DNA of 64,000 bases, from contig JAGGYC010000113.1 in assembly GCA_021162745.1 (NCBI GenBank), positions 11,476-75,475 of the forward strand. The letters run 5' to 3'. This stretch comes from Desulfuromonas sp. (lineage in GTDB: Bacteria; Desulfobacterota; Desulfuromonadia; Desulfuromonadales; Desulfuromonadaceae). Under the pieces are notes generated by a model. The model was not told where the DNA came from and did no database searches. It saw nothing but the letters and a program-made list of their open reading frames with translations. Both the position numbers and the translations under genes were made by a program. This document shows, piece by piece, positions 59,183-64,000 of the stretch (its first letter is position 1; each line of letters begins with the position of its first letter).

Positions 59183-60778
59183 ATGGAAAAGTATCTAATC
59201 CTGAACACATTGAATTTCCCGATCTTATCGATGCTGCTGATCGTACCGGTAGTCGGGGCTATTGTTGCCATGTTTTTACGTGGCGATACGTTGCTGAAAT
59301 TCTGGGGTCTGGCAGTGACCCTGGCCACTGCAGTGATCTCTCTGCCGTTGTGGACATGTTTTGACCAGACAACGGCCAAGTATCAGTTTGTCGAACTGCG
59401 GCACTGGTTCCCGGCACTGAATCTTGAGTATGTGATTGGTGTCGATGGTATCAGTGTACTGCTGGTGCTGCTGACAACATTTGTGATGCCGTTGTGTGTC
59501 CTGTGCTCCTGGACCTACATCAAAATCCGGATGAAAGAGTTCATCATCGTCACATTGTTGATGGAAACCGCCATGCTTGGTGTTTTCATGAGCATGAACA
59601 CGGTCTTGTTCTACATCTTCTGGGAAGGGATGCTGGTTCCCATGTACCTGATCATTGCGATCTGGGGTGGGGCGCGCAAAGACTACGCATCGATCAAGTT
59701 TTTCCTCTACACCTTTGCCGGCAGTATCTTTCTGTTGGTCGCGATCATTGCTATGTACATCAAAACGGGGACCTTCTTCATTCCTGAGTTGATGGATCAT
59801 AGCTTCACTTTTGCATTCCAGTTGTGGGTGTTCCTGGCTTGTGCCATCGGTTTTGCCATCAAGATGCCGATGTTCCCATTCCACACCTGGTTGCCTGCAG
59901 CGCACGTTGAGGCCCCGGTGGCCGGTTCCGTTATTCTGGCCAGTATCCTGTTGAAGATGGGTGGCTACGGATTTTTGCGCTTCTGTCTGCCCATGGCACC
60001 TGCGGCAACATTATACTGTGTACCTTACCTGCTTGTTATGTCGCTGATCAGTATCATTGTCGGCGGTTATCTGGCCTTGGGCCAGTCTGATATCAAGAAA
60101 CTGATCGCTTATTCTTCAGTCGGTCACATGGGTTTTGTTACCTTGGGTATCTTCCTGCTCAATGATGCCGGTATCAAAGGCGCCATGTTGCAGATGCTCA
60201 ATCACGGTGTAACAACCGGCGCACTGTTTATCCTGATCGGTATCATTTACGAGCGGACACATAGTCGTGAGATCTCGGACAACAACAAGCTTGGTATGTT
60301 TATGCCAATCTATGTAACGTTCCTCGGCATCTTCTCACTGTCGTCGTTGGCGTTCCCCGGAACGAACAGCTTTGTCGGTGAGTTCTTGGTGTTGTTCGGT
60401 GCATTTGACAAGTACCCATTGGTCGGTGCGGTGTCGATCCTTGGTGCAGTCCTGGCTGCTGCTTACATGCTGCGTCTGTTGCAGAAAATGGTCTGGGATG
60501 ACTCTGACGGTCATGCCCACCATGGCGACGATCACGGTGATGATGAGCACCACCTTTTCGATTGTAACTTCCGTGAATTTATTCAGCTGGCGTTCTTGAC
60601 CGTATTCGTATTCTGGATCGGCCTCCATCCGACGCCGTTATTGGATATGATGGACACTAGTGTGGCCCACCTGATTCATCAGGTAGATGCAGGCAGCGCT
60701 GTTCAAGAAGCTGTCCATCATGGTGAGCACCATGCCCTGTTAAACAACGCAGGTGCCTGGGTCAAGAACCTCTTCTAA
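59183..60778 (+). CDS. nuoM: Complex I-like subunit M
   Basis: GVDGISV, FWEGMLVPMY, PFHTWLPAAHVEAP, LLKMGGYG, AYSSVGHMG, AFPGTNSFVGE. Confidence 0.93.
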   Translation: MEKYLILNTLNFPILSMLLIVPVVGAIVAMFLRGDTLLKFWGLAVTLATAVISLPLWTCFDQTTAKYQFVELRHWFPALNLEYVIGVDGISVLLVLLTTFVMPLCVLCSWTYIKIRMKEFIIVTLLMETAMLGVFMSMNTVLFYIFWEGMLVPMYLIIAIWGGARKDYASIKFFLYTFAGSIFLLVAIIAMYIKTGTFFIPELMDHSFTFAFQLWVFLACAIGFAIKMPMFPFHTWLPAAHVEAPVAGSVILASILLKMGGYGFLRFCLPMAPAATLYCVPYLLVMSLISIIVGGYLALGQSDIKKLIAYSSVGHMGFVTLGIFLLNDAGIKGAMLQMLNHGVTTGALFILIGIIYERTHSREISDNNKLGMFMPIYVTFLGIFSLSSLAFPGTNSFVGEFLVLFGAFDKYPLVGAVSILGAVLAAAYMLRLLQKMVWDDSDGHAHHGDDHGDDEHHLFDCNFREFIQLAFLTVFVFWIGLHPTPLLDMMDTSVAHLIHQVDAGSAVQEAVHHGEHHALLNNAGAWVKNLF

Positions 60779-60797
60779 CTCAAGAATCGGATCAATT

Positions 60798-62216
60798 ATG
60801 TTAAACACAGTTTTTTTGCCGGAATTGGCACTGATGTTAACGGTCCTGGTCTTGTTCTTCATGACCTTGGGCAAATTTCGCACAGGAACGGTGCAAGCCG
60901 TTAGTTTACTGCTTGCAGCGGTTACGTTGGTTGCAACGTTTGCCAGCTATGGCCAGCAGGGTAGTTTGTTTTTTGATGCCTATCAGATAGACAACCTGTC
61001 CCAACTGTTTAAAATGGCGATTGTTGGTGGCCTGTTTCTGATTTTCTTTCTCGGGCGTGGCTTGGTTGGTATTCAGGGAAAACTTCATTCTGAATACAAT
61101 ATGTTCCTTGCCATCAGTGCGATGGGATTGGTATTCCTCAGTAGCTCCGTGGAATTACTGACCATCCTGCTGAGCCTGGAGATCTCTTCGTATGCGTTGT
61201 ACGTCGTGATTCCATTCCGTCGTGGTCAGGGTCGTATGCATGTTGAAGCAGGCATTAAATATGTACTGTTTGGTGCGGCATCAACCGGTCTTACATTGTA
61301 CGGCATGAGCTATGTCTACGGTTTAACCGGCACTACATACCTCAATGAGCTGGCGACCTTGATGCCATCACTCATTGCGACTCAGCCACTGGCCATTATT
61401 GCTATGGTGCTGGTTATGACGGCATTCTTCTACAAACTGGCCATGTTCCCGATGCATTTCTGGACTCCTGATGTTTATCAGGGTGCATCCAATGAAACAT
61501 CCAGCTTTGTTGCGACCTTGCCCAAGGCAGGTGCAGTGCTGTTGTTGTTACGCTTTGTTAACGTCGCCGGTGTTGATGTCACTCAGTTCACCTGGGTGCT
61601 GGCTACAATTGCCGTATTCTCCATGACGTTGGGTAACTTGACGGCGCTGGTACAAACAGATCTGAAGCGCCTGTTGGCCTATTCAAGTATTGCTCATGCC
61701 GGTTACGTCATGATCGGTATCTTGACTTCGGATGAGATGGGTATGGCTGCGGCTGTATTTTATGTCATCGGTTATCTGTTGATGAACCTCGGTTGCTTCT
61801 ATGTTATCTACAACATTGCTCCTGATGGTCAGAATGTTTCCTTTGATGATCTTAAAGGGCTGTCGCGTCGTTCACCGTTGCTCGCACTGACTCTGATGGT
61901 TTCTGCCTTCGGTATGGCAGGTATTCCGCCGACAATCGGATTTATTGGTAAATTTATGATCTTTACCGGCGCGATCCACAAAGGGTTCTATGCTCTGGTT
62001 ATCATCGCGGTAATGAACGCAGCCGTTGCAGCGTTCTACTACCTGAAGATGGCTCGTGCCGCCTACTGCGGTGCTGATGATGATCAAGACGCAATTGCGC
62101 TGCCTTTGGGTGCCAAATTGCTGGGTACGTTCTTTATCCTCTCGATTATCATCGTCGGGGCGATGCCTCAGAGTTTGCTTGCTGTTGCAAAAGAAGCGGT
62201 AGCGACGATACTCTAA
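60798..62216 (+). CDS. nuoN: Complex I-like subunit N
   Basis: EAGIKY, FPMHFWTPDVYQGA, KRLLAYSSIAHAGY, AGIPPTIGFIGK, YYLK. Confidence 0.93.
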   Translation: MLNTVFLPELALMLTVLVLFFMTLGKFRTGTVQAVSLLLAAVTLVATFASYGQQGSLFFDAYQIDNLSQLFKMAIVGGLFLIFFLGRGLVGIQGKLHSEYNMFLAISAMGLVFLSSSVELLTILLSLEISSYALYVVIPFRRGQGRMHVEAGIKYVLFGAASTGLTLYGMSYVYGLTGTTYLNELATLMPSLIATQPLAIIAMVLVMTAFFYKLAMFPMHFWTPDVYQGASNETSSFVATLPKAGAVLLLLRFVNVAGVDVTQFTWVLATIAVFSMTLGNLTALVQTDLKRLLAYSSIAHAGYVMIGILTSDEMGMAAAVFYVIGYLLMNLGCFYVIYNIAPDGQNVSFDDLKGLSRRSPLLALTLMVSAFGMAGIPPTIGFIGKFMIFTGAIHKGFYALVIIAVMNAAVAAFYYLKMARAAYCGADDDQDAIALPLGAKLLGTFFILSIIIVGAMPQSLLAVAKEAVATIL

Positions 62217-62236
62217 AGGTTGAAATAGAGAATTGC

Positions 62237-62265
62237 AAAAAGGCCCACCTCTGGTGGGCCTTTTT
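62237..62265 (+). terminator. Intrinsic terminator closing the nuo-like operon
   Basis: AAAAAGGCCCACC-TCT-GGTGGGCCTTTTT. Confidence 0.85.
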
Positions 62266-62472
62266 GTTTTTACAGTGATCAATAACCCGCAGTTCTCACA
62301 AGCAATCTGCTGCGAAGCTCGGAAGTACCATGTCTGCTGCGTTACGCTTGAAAAATATTCTCGACAGACTGAAAGTATGCCTGCAAATATTTTCTGTGCG
62401 TGCCTTGCATCCACGACACTTCCAAGCTTCTCGCGACGATCTTTGTGAGAAAAGCGCGATAGAGGAAATATT

Positions 62473-63096
62473 GTGAAAATAGGCAGAAACGATCTTTGTC
62501 CATGTGGAAGTGGTGTTAAGTATAAAAAATGTTGTTTAAATGGCCGCCGTTTTCCTGTTCAGCGTACGATGCTAAAGACCCCTTTGTCTGTCGTGGCAAA
62601 TCATCCAGGCACCAATAGCAGAACATCTACTGTCTCACAGGTACGGCAAGCGGTTCAAAAGGTGATCGCTGAGAAAAATAATCAAGCTGATGAGGGTGCT
62701 GAAACCATCTCCACGGCGAAAAATGATGATATGTGGCAATGTCATGCCATGACGATACTTCTGGATCTTCACGAAAATAATGGTGTTAAAGCGACCGCTA
62801 CCGGCAAGTTCGCGCGCCCCTTTTGTCAGCAGCATGCACCTGTAATGCTGGCTGAATATAGTCCGGAGGGAAAAATCATCCGTGGTGAAGCAGATATCCC
62901 TGTTCTCGGGCGAATTCGCGAAAATGCTGAGGCGTCGGGGTTGATTACCCTCAAAAAAGGGAAATACGTTACCACGGAGATCGCCGCCGGTTTGTTGTCA
63001 ACCAAGCAGTATCAACAGCTTTATTCCAAACTCGTTGATATGGCAAACATGACGGCAGCGGATGAGTTAAATCTGTTTGGACTGGAGTGCGTCTAG
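62473..63096 (+). CDS. SEC-C (zinc-binding) motif protein with unknown C-terminal domain
   Basis: [21 protein letters not shown] at the N-terminus; GAGG RBS. Confidence 0.8.
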   Translation: MKIGRNDLCPCGSGVKYKKCCLNGRRFPVQRTMLKTPLSVVANHPGTNSRTSTVSQVRQAVQKVIAEKNNQADEGAETISTAKNDDMWQCHAMTILLDLHENNGVKATATGKFARPFCQQHAPVMLAEYSPEGKIIRGEADIPVLGRIRENAEASGLITLKKGKYVTTEIAAGLLSTKQYQQLYSKLVDMANMTAADELNLFGLECV

Positions 63097-63166
63097 AATA
63101 CGGGCTATGAGGCTCTCCCGTTGTCGGAGAGCCTTCAGTAGATCGACTGAATGGTGAGGTGACACT

Positions 63167-63727
63167 GTGGATATGATTCCTGTTCGATTGGTTCTTTTTA
63201 TTCTCCTTACATGTATATTGCTCGGCTTTTCGTGGCGGTCTCTGGGGACCCTTTGTGCGCATGGCTTTTATCGGTTTTTTGTTTTCGAGGGAGTTCTTTT
63301 CCTGTTGTTGCATAATCATCCGTACTGGTTTGATCACCCCTTCTCGTCGCTGCAATGTTTATCATGGTTCCTGTTGGCCATGTCGATTCTTTTTGTGATT
63401 CTCGGTTTTTCATTGCTTAAACGCTGCGGTGGATCACAACCACGTTGTGACTTCCCGGCTAATCACACCTTTGAAAATACCGTCAATCTGGTCGAGCATG
63501 GGGTGTACCGTTATGTGCGCCATCCCATGTACAGTTCACTGTTGTTTTTGGCCTGGGGGGCGTGTCTAAAACAGCTCACAACATTGACACTGAGCATCAG
63601 TATTGCCGTTACATTGCTGTTGTTTGTCACCGCCCGCGTTGAGGAAGGGGAGAATTGCGATTTCTTTGGTGAGCGTTATCATTGTTACATCAAGAATTCC
63701 AAAATGTTTATCCCATACTTTTTTTAA
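63167..63727 (+). CDS. Isoprenylcysteine carboxyl methyltransferase (ICMT/PEMT)-like membrane protein
   Basis: Hydrophobic; GVYRYVRHPMYSS and EE...FG..Y..Y motifs. Confidence 0.82.
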   Translation: MDMIPVRLVLFILLTCILLGFSWRSLGTLCAHGFYRFFVFEGVLFLLLHNHPYWFDHPFSSLQCLSWFLLAMSILFVILGFSLLKRCGGSQPRCDFPANHTFENTVNLVEHGVYRYVRHPMYSSLLFLAWGACLKQLTTLTLSISIAVTLLLFVTARVEEGENCDFFGERYHCYIKNSKMFIPYFF

Positions 63728-64000
63728 ACGATCTATTTGATCAGATTGTTGTGGCTTAATTCAACCGGACACCTCGAAGAGGCGCCTGTTTTGTTCAAAT
63801 GATCATGGCAGCACAATGCTTGAATTTATGACTAATTTTTACTTGCAGACCGTTCATCCATATTGAACGCATGAGTAAGAGTGAACGGTCTGCTGTGGGT
63901 TGTTGAAAAAATGGTAACTGAATTGCAGTTATAACATCTCCGTGCAAGAGGCACGGTCACAGAGGGTGAGTAGTTGCTGGATTGATAAGCGTGGGATCAT

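Noticed and set aside
63898-63915. GGTTGTTGAAAAA resembling an IS terminal repeat
   Set aside because: No partner end or transposase within the window.
1-64000. CRISPR arrays, tRNA/rRNA genes, transposase/integrase genes, multiheme cytochromes, selenocysteine read-through
   Set aside because: None found by eye: no regularly spaced repeats, cloverleafs, recombinase motifs, CxxCH heme motifs or in-frame TGA-split genes.

Overview
64 kb of bacterial chromosome, most likely a Desulfuromonadales/Geobacter-like deltaproteobacterium (inferred from gene content and protein style, not proven). In order: a partial carbon-nitrogen hydrolase; a MITE-like repeat; an ArsB/NhaD-type permease with a CBS-USP-USP protein; hemW-hrcA-grpE-dnaK-dnaJ with a perfect CIRCE; an LpoA-like protein followed by a tight yeeE-yeeD(tusA)-PAS/GGDEF/EAL-sigma54 activator run; an orphan histidine kinase; clpB; thiL-lolA-yajQ-rimO; a c-di-GMP block (binding protein + GGDEF/EAL, convergent HEAT + HD-GYP); nfo, a REP/MITE-like repeat, pckA, mrp/apbC and a porin; a hipBA-like toxin-antitoxin module between 40-bp inverted palindromic repeats; tkt; an HI0933 flavoprotein; an aminotransferase; and a 13-gene complex I-like operon. 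The strongest signals are three. (1) The complex I-like cassette has no NuoEFG, has four antiporter-like subunits, and its lateral helix appears about 25 aa longer than canonical. (2) The TA module sits between hairpin inverted repeats with no transposase. (3) A candidate sulfur-sensing c-di-GMP/sigma54 operon. I saw no rRNA, tRNA or CRISPR array. All family calls come from motif recognition by eye; no database search was run.
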